The position numbers were made by a program, and so were the translations under genes. 64,000 nucleotides of DNA from the human T2T-CHM13v2.0 reference genome, Homo sapiens: assembly GCF_009914755.1 (NCBI RefSeq), contig NC_060931.1; one strand, written 5' to 3'. Of this stretch, positions 37,420 through 53,899 are shown piece after piece. Under the pieces are notes generated by a model. It saw nothing but the letters and a program-made list of their open reading frames with translations. It was not told the DNA's origin and ran no database searches. The first letter of the stretch is position 1. Every line of letters starts with the position of its first letter.

Positions 37420-38190
37420 CCATGCCAGGCAGTTCCCTGCAGCCCCAGGCTCCAGGTTTGCCTTGCAGACTCAGTCTCCAGGCTTACCCCAGCCCTAGGT
37501 TGGCTCCCACAGTCTCAGGCTCCAGGCCCAATCTACCATCAGGCTGGCCCCAGGTTCTACACTGGCCCCACAGACTTAGTCTCCAGGCCTGTCCCACTGC
37601 CAAACCAGCCACTGAAGCCCTAGATTTCAGGCCAGCACCCATAGACTGAGCCTTTAAACCTGGTTCAATGCCAGGCCAGCCCCTAAGACCCCTGGCTCTG
37701 GGGTGGTTGCCTAAACTCAGTCTCCAGGCACACCCCAACGTCAGGCTGGCCCCAAAGACTCAGGCTATAGATCATTCCCAGCACCAGGCCAGCCCCCCAC
37801 AGCACCAGACTCCAGGTCAGCACCCACAGACCCAGCCTCATGACCCATCCTGGTACCAGGTTGACACCAGAAGACACCCACTCCAGGAGAGCCTCCATGG
37901 ATACCAGCTCCAGGCTGGGCCCTGTGACCACAAGCTCCAGCCAGACACAGGGTCTAGGCCCAACCCTGTAGACCCCAGCACTAAACTGGCCCCCATGGGA
38001 TCCAGTCTCCAGGTCCATGCCAGAGCCAAGCCAGCACCTACAACCCCGGGATCCACACCAGGCCTTGTGGACAGAGCTTTCAGGCCAACAGCTGCCCCAA
38101 CCCCTCCACCCCACAGCCTCCAGGCAGGCTCCGGCTCAGGCTTCAGGTCTATCCCTGTGTCAGGCCAGCCCCTATGGCCTCAAGCATCAA
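37420..38190 (+). repeat. Degenerate C-rich tandem repeats (ctccaggc-containing units) in the L1 5' region
   Basis: Recurrent caggctccagg/cagtctccagg motifs. Confidence 0.7.
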
Positions 38191-39420
38191 GCCCAAATGC
38201 ACAGTTCAAAATAATCATCTTAAAGAGGTTCAGTGAGCTACAAGATAGACCACTAAATAAAATTAGCAGGACAACTAGAAACTCAGGATGACTACAGATG
38301 AGCAACTAAATAAAATCAGGAAAACAATCCACAAACAAAACAAGAATCTCAACAAAAGGATGAGAAAATAAAAAGAACCAAACAGAAACTCTGGAGTTAA
38401 TGAACATAATGCCTGAACTAAAAATTTTATAGAGAGCATCAACAGCAGACTGGATCAAGCAGAAGAATCAATGAGCTCAAAGATAAGTCATTTAAAATTA
38501 TCCAGTCAGAGGAACAAAAAGAAAAAGGCTTGAAAAAGTGAAGAATACCTACAAGAATTATGAGACACCATCAGTCAAACCAATACATGTACTATGGGTG
38601 TTCCAGAAAGAACAGAGAAAGAGAAAGGGGAAGATAGTTTACTTGAAGAAATAATGACAGAAGAATACCCAAGTCTGGAGAGGAAAATGAACATCCAGAT
38701 CCACAAAGCCCAAAGAACCTCAAATAGATTAAACATAAAGAGATCTTCACCAAAATACAATATAATCAAAGGCACAAGTCAAAGACAAAGAGAATTTTGA
38801 AAGCAGCAAGAGGAAAGCGACTCATCACATACAAGGGAAACTGCATAAGACTTTCAGTATATTTCTCAGCAGAAACCTTTCAGACCAGGAGACAGTGAGA
38901 TGATATATTTAAAGTACTGATAGAAAAAAAATATTGCCAACCAAGAATGCCATCCATACCCAGTAAGTCTGTCCTTCAGAAATGATGAAGAGATAAGGAC
39001 TTTCCCAGACAATCAAAAGCTGTGGGACTTTATCACTACTAGAACTGCCTTACAAGAAATGCTAAAGGGAGTTACTTAGCTGAAAGAAAAAGACACCAAT
39101 TAATAACGTGAAAACATATAAAAATCTAAAACTCACTGGTAAATATAACCATATAGTGAAAATCAGAAAACTCTAATACTGTAATGGTGGTGTGTAAATC
39201 ACTTATATCTTTAGTATGGAGTGTGAAAGACAAAACTATTAAAAATAATGATAGGTACAGTAATTGATTAAGGAATACACAGTATAAAAAGATGTAAATT
39301 GTGACACTGCAAACACAAAATGTGTGTTGGAAGGTAAAAGTGTATTTTAATGTGATCAAAGTTAAGTTGATATCAGCTTAAAATAGTCTGTTATAGCTAT
39401 AAGATGTTTTATGTAAGTCA

Positions 39421-39890
<470 letters not shown>

Positions 39891-40925
39891 TTACAGTAAT
39901 AAGTCCTTACCTATCAGTTGCTACCTTAAATGTGAATGAATTCAATTCTTCAATCAAGAGATATAAAGTGGCTGAATGGATTAAAAAACAGGACCCAACT
40001 ACATCCTGTCTATAAGAAGCTAACTTCACCTTTAATATAGGATACAAAATTAACATACAAAAATCAATAGTGTTTCTATACCCTAAAAATAAACTATTCA
40101 AAAAAAAAATACTTTGGAATAAATTTAATCATGAACTCAAAAGAGCTGTATGCTGAAAACTATAGAACATTGCTGAAAGAAATTGAAGAAGACACAAATA
40201 AATGAATGGATATTCTATGTTCATGAATTAGAAGAATGTTGCTAAAATGTCCATACAACTCAAATCAATCTACAGACTCAGTGCAATTCCTATAGAAATT
40301 CCAATGATGGCCAGGAGCAGTGGTTCACACCTGTAATTGCAGTATTTTGGGAGACAAGGCAGGAGGATTGCTTGAGGCCTGGAGTTTGAGACCAGCCCAG
40401 GGAACATAGCGAGACCCTGTCTCTACAGAAAAAAGTATTTTAAAAAATTCAATGACATTTTCCACAGAACTAGATAAAACAGTCCTAAAATTACATTACC
40501 TGATTTAAAAATATACTACAAAGGTATAGTAATCAAAACAGCATGGTACTGGCACAAAAACAGACACTTAGGCCAATGGATCAGAATAGAAAACACAGAA
40601 ATAAATCCACACATATACCATCAATTAATTTTGACAAAAATTACAGAGCACACAATTAGGAATGGACAGTCTCTTCGATGAATTGTGTTGGAAAAGCTGG
40701 ATACTCACAAGCAAAAGAATGAAATTAGAGCCTTATCTCACTTCATTAAAAAAAAACCCAACTCAAAATGGGTTAAAGCCTTAAATGTAAGAACCTGAAA
40801 ATGTAAAAATACTAGAAGAAAACAGGTAAAAACCTCCATGAAGTGGGTCTAGGCAATGATTTTTTGGACATGACCTTAAAAGCACAGGCAAGAAAAGCAA
40901 AAACAGGCAAATCTAATTGCATCAA

Positions 40926-42007
40926 TACTGGGGGAAATTCACCCCCGATATTCCACGTAGGTTCTTTTCTATTTTCCCTAAGTGTCAGCCAGTCTGAGAA
41001 ATAAAGGGAAAGAGTACAAAAGAGAGAAACTTTAAAGCTGGGTGTCCAGGGAAGACATCACATGTTAGCAGGTTCCATGATGCCCCCCAAGCCACAAAAC
41101 CAGCAAGTTTTTATGAGTGATTTTCAAAAGGGGAGGGAGTGTACGAATAGGGTGTGGGTCACAGAGATCACATGCTTCACAAGGTAATAAAATATCACAA
41201 GGCAAATGGAGGCAGGGTGAGATCACAGGACCACAGGACCAGGGTGAAATTAAAATTGCTAATTAAGTTTTGGGCATGCATTGTCATTGATAACATCTTA
41301 TCAGGAGACAGGGTTTGAGGGCAGACAACCGGTCTGACCAAAATTTATTAGGTGGGAATTTCCTCATCCTAATAAGCCTGAGAGTGCTACGGGAGACCGG
41401 GGCTTAATTCATCCCTTTTCTATGACCGTAAAAGACAGCCGTCCCCAAAGCGGCCATTTCAGAGGCCTCCCCTTAGGGATGCATCCTCTTTCTCAGGGAT
41501 GTTCCTTGCTGAAAAAAGAATTCAGCAATATTTCTCCTATTTGCTTTTGAAAGAGAGAGATATGGCTCTGTTCTGCCAGGCTCAGAGGCAGCCAGAGTTT
41601 AAGGTTATCTCCCTTGTTTCCTGAACATTGCTGTTATCCTGTTCTTTTTTCAAGGTGCCCAGATTTCATATTGTTCAAACACACATGCTCTACAAACAAT
41701 TTGTGCAGTTTACGCAATCTTCACAGGGTCCTGAGGGGACATACAACCTCCTCAGCTTACAAAAATGATGGGATTCAGAGATTAAAGACAGGTGTAGGAA
41801 ATCACAAGGGTATTGATTGCGAAAGTGATAAGCGTTCATGAAATCTTCACAGTTTATGATCAGAGATTGCATTAAAGACAGGCGTAAAAAATTATAAAAG
41901 TATTAATTTGGGGAACTAATAAATGTCCATGAAATCTTCACAATTTAGGTTCTTCTGCCATGGCTTCAGCCGGTCCCTCCGTTCAGGGTCCCTGACTTCC
42001 CGCAACA
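40926..42007 (-). mobile_element. MER11 (HERV-K11/HML-8) solo LTR
   Basis: Reverse complement starts tgttgcgggaagtcagggacc; 6-bp TSD catcaa/tatcaa; ~1082 bp. Confidence 0.92.
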
Positions 42008-43124
42008 TATCAAACTAAAGTGCTTTTGCACAGCAAAGGAAATAACAGAGTGAAAAGATAACCTGTGGAATGGGAGAAAATATTTGAAAATCATACATCC
42101 AATAAGGGGTTAATATCCAAAATATATAAGGAGCTCAAACAATTCAATAGCAAGAAAACAAATAATCCAATTTAAAAGTGGGCAAAAAACCTAAATAGAC
42201 ATTTCTCAAAGGGAGACATACAAATGGACAGCAGGTATTAAAAAAAATGCTCAACAGCACTAATCATCTAGGAAATGCAAATTAAAATCACAATGAGATT
42301 TCACCTCACACAACTTAGGATGTGTGTTATTAGGATGGCTATTTTCAAAAAGGTGAAAGATAACAAGTGTTGATGAGGATGTGGAAGAGAGTAAACCCTG
42401 GTACGCTCTTGGTGAAAATGTAAATTTATTACAGCCATTATGGAAAACGGTATGGAGTTTCCTAAAAAATTTAAAAATAGAACTACCTTATGATCCAGCA
42501 GTCTTACTACTGGTGTATATCCAAGGGAAATGAAATCCATTATGTCAAAGAGATTTATACAATCTCACATTTATTGCAGCATTATTCCGATACCCAGGGC
42601 ATAGATTCAATGTTAAGTTCTATCAATGAATGAATGGATAAAGAAAATGTGAGCTAGGTATATATAAATATAAAATATGAATACTATTCAGCCTTTAAAA
42701 AGAAGAAAATCCTGTCATTCGTGACAATACAGATTAACCTGAAAGACATTATGTTAAGTGAAATAAGGCAGGCACAGAAAGATAAACACTACATGACCTC
42801 ATTTATATGCGGAATCTAAAAAAGGTGAACTCATAGAAGCAGAGAGTAGAATGGTGGTTACCAGGGGCTGGAGGTGGTGGTTAGGGGGAGTAGGGATTTG
42901 GGGTGGTGTTGACTGAAGGATACAAACATCATTTTTCCGGGAGGAATAAATTCAATAAATCTATTGTACAACATGATGACTATAGTTAATAACCACGTAA
43001 CATATACTTGAAAATTGCTAAGAGTAGATTTTAAGTGTTCTCACCACAAATAAACAATAATATGTAAAGTAATGCATACGTTAATTAGCTTGATTTAGCC
43101 ATTCCACAATGTATACATATTTCA

Positions 43125-43340
<216 letters not shown>

Positions 43341-43509
43341 TCAATTAAATAAAAATAGTAGTGATAAAATGCTAATTAAGTTTGTTGCTTATTAATTACA
43401 TAAATAAATGCCACCTGTGTTTAACACAAACTAGACTTACAAGCCCATAAAATTCTTTGCATATATGCACAAAAATTATTCAATGAATCATTAAATATGT
43501 GAGCAAAAA

Positions 43510-43945
43510 TGACATTTAAGTGCCCATAAATGAGAGGCGGTTAATTAAATTACATTCCATCCACAGGATAAACTACTATGCTATCATTAAGAGTCATCCA
43601 TTCACCATAAAAAAGAATAAAGTACTGATACATGCTAAAACACGGCTAAACCTCCAAAATATTCTTTCTAAGAGAAAGAATCCAGACACAAAAGGTCACC
43701 TATTTTATGATTTTCTATCTCAAGTGTTCAGGATAGGTGAATCCACAGAGATAACAAAGTAGATTAGTGGTTGCCAGGGGCTAGGGCATGACTGCTCATA
43801 GGATGGGGTTTCCTTTCAGGGTGTGGAAAGTGTCTTCGGATGAGATAGAGGTGATGATTGCACAATATTGTGAAATTACTAAATGCCATGGAATTGTGCA
43901 CTTTAAAATGATGAGTTCTATGTTATAGAAATCTCACCTCAATGT
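43510..43945 (+). mobile_element. L1MB 3' end
   Basis: agtactgatacatgcta; gtagattagtggttgccagggg. Confidence 0.8.
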
Positions 43946-43959
43946 AAGACATGTAATCC

Positions 43960-44900
43960 ATTCATTTCATTTAACAAATACAAACTGAGGACCAACATAT
44001 TATGTGCTAAGCACTGGGGTTGATGCAAAAGGAGAAATGAAGGACGTGGTTCTATCCTAAACAATCTGACATGGAAAAGTCTCCAAGTCATAAGTGAATG
44101 AAAGCAAATCTGTATGTGGTCCCACTGGGCCTCATTCTCTGTTGAGACAACGTCTTATTAACTTAAGATATAATTTGGATCAGGGAAGGTTCTCTTCTTT
44201 GTGCTCCCATGGGCCTATGCTATTTTTGTCCTATCTTTTTTTTTAAGAAACAGAGTCTTGCTCTGTTGCCCAGGCTGGAGTGCAGTAGTATGATCGTAGC
44301 TCACTGCAGCCTTAAACTCCCAGGCTCAAGCAACCTTCGTGCCTTGGCCCCCACAAGTAGCTGGAATTACAGATATGAGCCACCATGCCCAGCCTGGTCT
44401 TATGATTTCCTACAGATGCATACAATTTGCTTATTGTTTGAATAATCATGTCTCTTTCTCCCATACCGTAGGCTCTGAGAGGAAATAGCCAGGTTTGTGT
44501 GACTTCTAATTGTAGCTTCAGCACCGTTATTAGCACATAATAGATTTTTGATAAATATTTCTTGAATAAATAACAGAATGATTTCCTTCTGTACTTCTCC
44601 AGGTTGGCCTTTTGAGTCTGGGGCTAAAAACTTGGTAGCTTTGACTCTTCCCCCTTTCACCCACATAATAACAATCATGATAATAACAGATGACCCCCAT
44701 TTATTGAGCTGAGAGTTTTGCCAGCCATGGTGCTGGGTCTCTGTAAGGGTGAGAGATGATACCGTTGACCTGGTCTCATGAGCCTGGTTTTAGAACCAAA
44801 GATACTGAGACTAAGATCAGAAAAGTAACAACACAATGTCCATGGGAAGGTTGGTGACACAGCGTCTGGATCCAGAGTTAAACCCATCCACAAGGCCTTC
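43960..44900. mobile_element. L2, FRAM (44236-44398, -) and MIR relics
   Basis: L2 tail at 44540-44570; MIR at 44670-44890. Confidence 0.6.
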
Positions 44901-45308
44901 CAGGGAAACCAGAGTGTCTAACATCCAAACGACTAGCTCTTCCTACAGATTCCAGGGCAAACACCACATTGGCCCTCTGTGTAACCAACGATCGGCAAAT
45001 CGGCTTAGCAGATTGCTTCAATTTATCTTTTCTGCTGTCAAGTAGAAACAGACTAAAGTCCTCTGTGATGTAGATTCCATAGCTTCTCCCTGAGAATCCT
45101 TGGAGGTCCTGAAATACCATTCCCATCTGCCAGGTTTTGTTGCTTGGCCTGCAAAGACCCTCTTAAAGGCAGGATCCACACAATGGCCACTCAAAGCAGA
45201 GGTGAGCCTCCAAAATCCTTCTGCCCTCGGTCCTTAAAGGTAATTTGGTCTTGGAACAATATCTAAGGAGCTGAACTCATCATAGAGAAAAGAACACTGC
45301 ATAGGAAG

Positions 45309-46655
<1,347 letters not shown>

Positions 46656-46773
46656 GAGGGAGTCAGGTGGCTCCCTGGGTTCTGCAAAAGCAATTAACCA
46701 CTCCAGACCTTGGTTTCCTTTCTTGTGAAATTATAAGGTTGGAATAAATGATCTGTCAAATTTACTCTTTCCA

Positions 46774-47035
46774 GGCCAGGTGTGGTGGCTCGTGCCTGTA
46801 ATCCCAGCATTTTGGGAGACCGAGGTGAGCAGATCACTGAGGTCAGGAGTTCAAGACCAGCCTGGCCAACATGGGGAAACCCCATCTCTACTAAAAATGG
46901 CACGGGCCTGTAATCTCAGCTACTCAGGAGGCTGAGGCACGAGAATCACTTGAATCTGGGAGGCAGAGTGCAGTAAGCCAAGATCGCGCCAATACACTCT
47001 GGCCTGGGCGACAGAGAGAGACTCTGTTTCATAAA
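46774..47035 (+). mobile_element. AluS with central deletion
   Basis: TSD aaatttactctttcca/aaatgtactctttcca. Confidence 0.92.
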
Positions 47036-48023
47036 TTATATATATATATAAATATATATAAAATGTACTCTTTCCAGAGCCATCCCTCTGTGATTCTAAC
47101 TCCACTGCCCAGCGTGTCCTGTTGACTGTGACCCTGACTATGCCCCCTCATCCCTTTTCCATGTCCATGGTAGATGAGAGGCCTGTACATTTCCAACAGC
47201 AGTCATCACGCTGTTGCCTGAGCCTTGTGAATTCTTCTGGGCATGCTGACTTTTTGTTCTTTACTACTGTCTTTTAGAAGAAAAGATCCCATCATTTGAT
47301 CAGACAGCCTTTGCTATGCTGACCCAAAACCTGCTGCTTGGAAAATCACAGGTAAAACCTCTGACAGCATCACTGGTGTGAGTCAGTAGGGTATTGTTCA
47401 GGCCCAGGTTAATGGGGGGAGTGAAAGTTGAGATTTGCTCGAATACACATATTCTCCTGTAGAATAATTACTTTGCAACCCACACACTTTTGGGGACCCA
47501 GAATTCATCTTGAACCAAATCCAGTCTTCCTTGTCCTTTTCTGTAAGACAGAGGCTCCGTAGTCAGGAATGGCAGTGTGAAAAGCAATGGAAGAACAAAT
47601 GATGCAGGGAGGCAGGATGGCTTTTGCATCACTTGCTGGTCAAAGGCTTTCTTTCCCATTGGGATGTCAACATCCACAAGCTGCGTTGTTTTGGACTTTG
47701 ACACAAGCCCAAACAGGAGACCTACCCAGCTTCCAAGCAAGGTGGTTTGAGCAGAAAGACATCTCTGGGGATGAAATGTGAGTATTTATCCTGTACTTGG
47801 TTCTCCCAGCCTTTTGGGTTATGCCTGAGGTTCCCGCCTCATCTCTGTTCTAAGTTATGAATAAAGACTTGGTAAAATATATAAGGAACTGAACTCATCA
47901 GAGAGGAAAAAGCCCTGCCTGAGGAGTCCAGGGTCCTGTCTCTTGGTTCTGACGACTGACCTTGGGAAAGCAAGGAGGCACTGCAGGCCTTTGTTTTCTG
48001 TCTTGTAAAAATGATAAGGTTGC

Positions 48024-48496
<473 letters not shown>

Positions 48497-48699
48497 CTAC
48501 TGAAGACATACCACTATTGAAGATGTACCATCTTGGTTTCAGTGATTTAGCACAGTCCAATCCACAAGTACAGAAAATACCAGCCCAGTGAAATGACAAC
48601 CATCATGCTTTCTTTACTATTCAAGTAATAATAGATATTAACCATCTATTTGGACCTAGCTTGGCAGTAGGCACTGTAGGGTATTCCTAAGAAGAATGT

Positions 48700-48830
48700 A
48701 AGCTGTGGTGTGCACCTGTAGTCCCAGCTACTTGAAAAGCTGAGGGAGGAGGATTGCTTGAGACCAGGAGTTCAAGACCAGCCTGGGCAACACAGTTAGA
48801 CTCCATCTCTAAAAGTAACAATAAAAGAAG
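48700..48830 (+). mobile_element. FLAM
   Basis: Monomeric Alu. Confidence 0.85.
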
Positions 48831-49169
48831 AAGAGTGTGACTTGGCCACTGCTTACAGAGTTGAAGGTTCTCTTGAAGGTGTTCACCCCTTATAAAATAA
48901 GGAGGGTATAACTGGGGGTTAGTAAGTGGATGACACATGAGAATAAAGTCAGTTCAAAGAAAGGAAAATGCCTGTGGGCAGAAATGGGAAGAAGTATTTG
49001 GGAATTAAGGATGCGCTAAGGCTGGGCCACTTCAAGAATGGGTAGAATCTCAATAGGCAGAAAGACCTGCAGGAAGAGAGAGGGAAAGAGAAGCCTCTAG
49101 TCTTGAAGATTCTATGCTGTCTGGAGCAGGGATTACATGTTGAAAGCAAGGTAAAGTACCATGCAGGTG

Positions 49170-49400
49170 GTTATAATCTTTCCAATGTAGCACTTTCTCA
49201 TTAAAGAGCTCTTTTATCAGAGTTACCTCATTTAACTGTTATAACATCCCTTTGGGTTGAAGTTATTATCTCTATTTTACAGATGAAGAAATTGTGACTC
49301 AGAGGAGTTAAGTAACTTGCCAACAGGCACAGAGCTGAAACATTTTAGAAGCAGAAACTCATAGCTTCAGAATTTAAGTCATTGTTCCTTTTACTCTACA
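49170..49400 (-). mobile_element. MIR
   Basis: attttacagatgaagaaattgtgactcagaggagttaagtaacttgcc. Confidence 0.8.
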
Positions 49401-49541
49401 ATGCTTTGGGAGTCAGTGTATAGTGGGTCTTAGTTGATAGGCCAGCTGTCAGGGAGAAAGATCTGAGACTCTAGACTCACAAAGGTTATCATCATTTAAC
49501 ATCGTGACCTCCATTTCCTCAAGTGGTCCAAACAGTTGTTA

Positions 49542-49800
<259 letters not shown>

Positions 49801-50889
49801 AAAGAAAGTGAAGGGTGGGGCTGGCTAAGAATTTTTAGGTGGGTTAGAGCAATAGTAGAGAGGGGGATAATTCAGTTGGAGGAAGTTAACTTATATAGAG
49901 CTTGCCACTTCAAAACTCTTTTCACATCTTAAATATTTTATTGAGTGCCTACTATGTGACAGGCACTGAGCCAGGTACTAGTTCTTCTTCTTTCAAGGTC
50001 ACTGTCAGCCATTCCAACTATGTCCTCATCAGCATCTTACAACACTTGCCCTCCGTGTCCTTCCTGTGTTCTAACCTTCAATCATAAATTCATCCAGCAA
50101 ATATTTGTTGAGCACCTGTGCTAGGGTTAGAGGAGACACACATGCACACACAAAAGCTATGCTTCCAGCTTTTGGTGCAGGGATTTTAAAAAATTAAATA
50201 ATGTGATAGAATTAAAATTGAAATATACTCTGAAAGAGACACGAAGAAATTTTAATATCTAAAATATCTAATTTATGGCATTTAAAAAGCACTGGATAAT
50301 GCTGAGAAAATTAGTAAACAGCTCAGAAAGTCTTAGACTTGAATTCCTACATGCACAATAAGAAGATAGATTCCAAATGGATTTGAGAGTTCAATATAAA
50401 GAAGGAAGAAAACCATTACAAGAAACTGTAAGATCATGCTTCTCTCCTCTTACATTGACAGAGACCTTTCTAAGCACAAAAGCAAAGGAAGAAAGAATAG
50501 TAAAATGCCAATAGATCTAACCTTACAATTTTTAAAAAAGTACACACACACACTGACACATACTATATACAATATTGACAGATGTCTTTCAGGACAATTT
50601 GATGCTGTGAGTTCGTGACTGAATGAGGCTCTTTGCTAGAAACTGAAGGATGATGGATAAAACATCAAAAAGAAAACTGAAAGATGGATCGAGGCTCAAG
50701 TACAAGATAAACATCTCATCTATCAGATACAGCAGGAGCCCAAGCTGACACTAGGGCTTTCTGGAGCCTGGATCTGGAATCAGGGTTGGGAAGATAGATA
50801 AACCACTGCTCTGTTTGAAGGCAGGGGCTGGAGAGAGACTGAACGTGCTCGTGAAAGGAGGCTGGAAAACATGCTGCAAAATCCTGCCT

Positions 50890-53165
50890 AAGAAAAATAT
50901 TTTTAGATTATATATCTAATAAAGGGACTTTCATCTAGAATATATAAAGAACTCTTACAACTCAACAACAAAAACATAATCCAATTAAAAATATAATGAG
51001 ATACCATCTCACACCAGTCAGAATGGCTATGATTAAAAAGCCAAAAAATAACAGATGCTGGGGGAGGTTGTAGAGAAAAAGGAACGTGTTTATACTGTTG
51101 CTGGGAGTGTAAATTAGTTCAACCATTGTGGAAGACAGTGTGGTGATTCCACAAAGACCTAAAGACAGAAATACCATTTGACTCAGCAATCCCATTACTG
51201 GGTATATGCCCAAAGGAATACAAATCATTCTGTTATAAAGACACATGCAGGGCCGGGTGCGGTGGCTCATGCCTGTAATCCCAGCACTTTGGGAGGCCAA
51301 GGCAGGCGGATCACGAGGTCAGGAGATTGAGACCATCCTGGCTAACATGGTGAAACCCCGTCTCTACCAAAAATACAAAAAATTAGCCAGGCATGGTGGC
51401 GGGTGCCTGTAGTCTCAGCTACTCGGGAGGCTGAGGCAAGAGAATGGCAAGAACCCGAGAGGCAGAGCTTGCAATGAGCCGAAATTGCGCCACTGCACTC
51501 CAGCCTGGGTGACAGAGTGAGACTCCATCTCAAACAAACAAAAAAAAGACACATGCAGGCATGTGCTCATTGCAGCACTATTCATAATAGCACAGACATG
51601 GAATCAACCTAAATGCCCATCAATGATAGACTGGATGAAGAAAATATTGTACATATACACCATGGAATACTACGCAGCCATAAAAAGGAACAAGATCATG
51701 TCCTTTGCAGGGACATGGATGGAACTGGAAGCCATTATCCTTAGCAAACTAACACAGGAACAGAAAACCAAATACTGCATGTTCTCACTTATAAGTGGGA
51801 GCTAAATGATGAGAACACATGGATGCATAGAGAGAAACAACACTCACTGGGGCCTATCAGAGAGTGGAGAGTGGGACGAGGGAGAGGATCAGGAAAAATA
51901 ACTAATGGGTACTAGGCTAATTATCTGGGTGATGCAATAATCTATTCAACAAACCTCCATGGAACAAGTTTACATATGTCACAAATCTGCACATGTACCC
52001 CTGAATTAAAATGAAAGTTAAAAAAAGAAAGCCCCACCTGCAAAATAGGTAAAGGATTTGAGTAGACATTTCTTAAAACGAGATATACAAATAGCCAATG
52101 AATGCATAAAAAAGGTGCTCCACATCATTAGTCATTAGGGAAGCACAAATCAAAACCACATTGAGATACCATTTCATACCCACTAAGATAACTATAATTT
52201 AAAAATAGATGGACAATAACAAGTGTTGGCAAGGACGTGGAAAAAATGGAATCCTTATACGTTGTCTGTGGAAATGTAAAATGGTGAAGCTACTGTAAAA
52301 AACAATTTGGCAGTTCCTCAAAAAGCTCACTATAGAATTGACATATGACTAAGTAATTGCACTTCTAGGCATATACCCAAGATAACTGGAAACATGTTCA
52401 TATGCAGACTTGTACAAGGTGGGTCATAGCAGGTGCTATGGACTGAATTGTGTATCCCCAAAATTCATGTGGAAGCTTTAACTTCTAGTGTGATAGCATT
52501 TAGAGAACAGAGGTACTGTAATTAGGTTTAGATGAGACCTTAGGAGTGGAGCCCATGTGATGGGATTAGTGCCCTGATAAGAAGAGACGCCAGAGAGCTT
52601 GTTCTCTCTCTCTTCCCCATGGGAGGACACAGGCAGAAGGCAGCTACCTGCAAGGCAAGTCTACGGTATTTTGTTATGGTAGCCCAAGCTGATTAATTCA
52701 ACAGGATTGATCCTAATAGTCAAAAGTGGAAATGATCCAAATGCCCACCAATTGATGAGTAGATAGAGAAAATGTGATCTATACATACAACAGATTAATA
52801 TTCAGCCATAAAAACCGGAATGAATTACTGATGCATGCTACATCATGGAGGGACCTTGAAAACATTGTGCTAAATCAAAGAAGCCAGAAACAAAAGGCTA
52901 ACTAGGATGTGATTCCATTTATACGAAATGTCCAAAATAGCAAATCCATAGAGACAGAAAGTAGATTAGGCGTTGCCAGGGGTTGAGAGTAGGAGGGGAT
53001 GAGGTATGACTGCTGATGGGTACAGAGTTTCTTTCTGGGTTGATAAAAATGTTCTGGAATTAGATAGTGATGATGATTACTCAATTTTGTGATTATACTA
53101 AAAACTGCTGAATGAAACATTTATGAGTATTGATTTTATGGTATGTGAATTATCTTAATAAAGCC
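50890..53165 (+). mobile_element. L1MB/MC 3' region containing an L1PA 3' end (~50995-52025), Alu (51251-51546) and MLT1A-type LTR (~52434-52700)
   Basis: ORF 51563-51805 is the L1 ORF2 C-terminus; Alu TSD aaagacacatgcagg; MLT start tgctatggactgaattg. Confidence 0.82.
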
Positions 53166-53290
53166 ACCCAGAGTTTTAAAAATCACTATCAAAAAAGCCT
53201 TCTCTTGTCTTTGAGACTGCTGAGTCTTATTCTTAGGTCTGTAGCTTTCCAATTTTCTCTTTCATTGTTTGCTAATCTTTGGAAGAACTA

Positions 53291-53370
53291 TTAGAGTGGT
53301 GCAAAGGTAACTGCGGTTTATGCCATTGAAAGTAATGGCAGAAACTGCAATTACTTTTGTACCAACCTAA
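53291..53370. mobile_element. MADE1 (Hsmar1-derived 80-bp MITE)
   Basis: 80-bp near-palindrome ttagagtggtgcaaa...ttttgtaccaacctaa with TA flanks. Confidence 0.92.
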
Positions 53371-53479
53371 TAGTATCCTCTGTATTGGTTCTGATTCTTT
53401 GGATGACAGAAGGAGTCTATCTAGAGCTTGACCAATGCCAGAGGTTTGGTCTTTAAGAAATTCTTTAAAAAATCCTACT

Positions 53480-53703
53480 TAGCCAGCCTGGCCAACATAG
53501 TGAAACCCCATCTCTACTAAAAATACAAAACAATATTAGCCAGGCATGGTGGTGTGTGCCTGTAGTTCCAGTTACTCAGGAGGTTGAGGCATGAGAATAG
53601 CTTGAACTCAGGAGGCGGAAGTTGCAGTGAGCTGAGATTGCGCCACTGCACTTCCCATCTGGGCAGCAGAGCAAGACTCTGTCTCAAAAAGAAAAAAAAA
53701 AAA
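53480..53703 (+). mobile_element. 5'-truncated AluS
   Basis: Alu motifs. Confidence 0.9.
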
Positions 53704-53899
53704 ATTCTATCTAGCCCTATACCTCCTGGCAAGCTGCAAGCCTAAGGTAAAAGGAGAGCACAGACTTGACCTCCGGACTAGGAGCCTCATGAAGCCTTGA
53801 ACTGGCTCTGTGATTGTTGATATGACGGTCTCCATATCAACGCAAGGCATGGTTTTGCATTGAGGTTATGGAGCAGCAGATGGGGGCAACCGCAGACCA

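Noticed and set aside
37668-38291. 207 aa Pro/Gln-rich ORF
   Set aside because: Translation of L1 5' tandem repeats running into an ORF1 remnant (FKIIILKRFSELQ); not a host gene.
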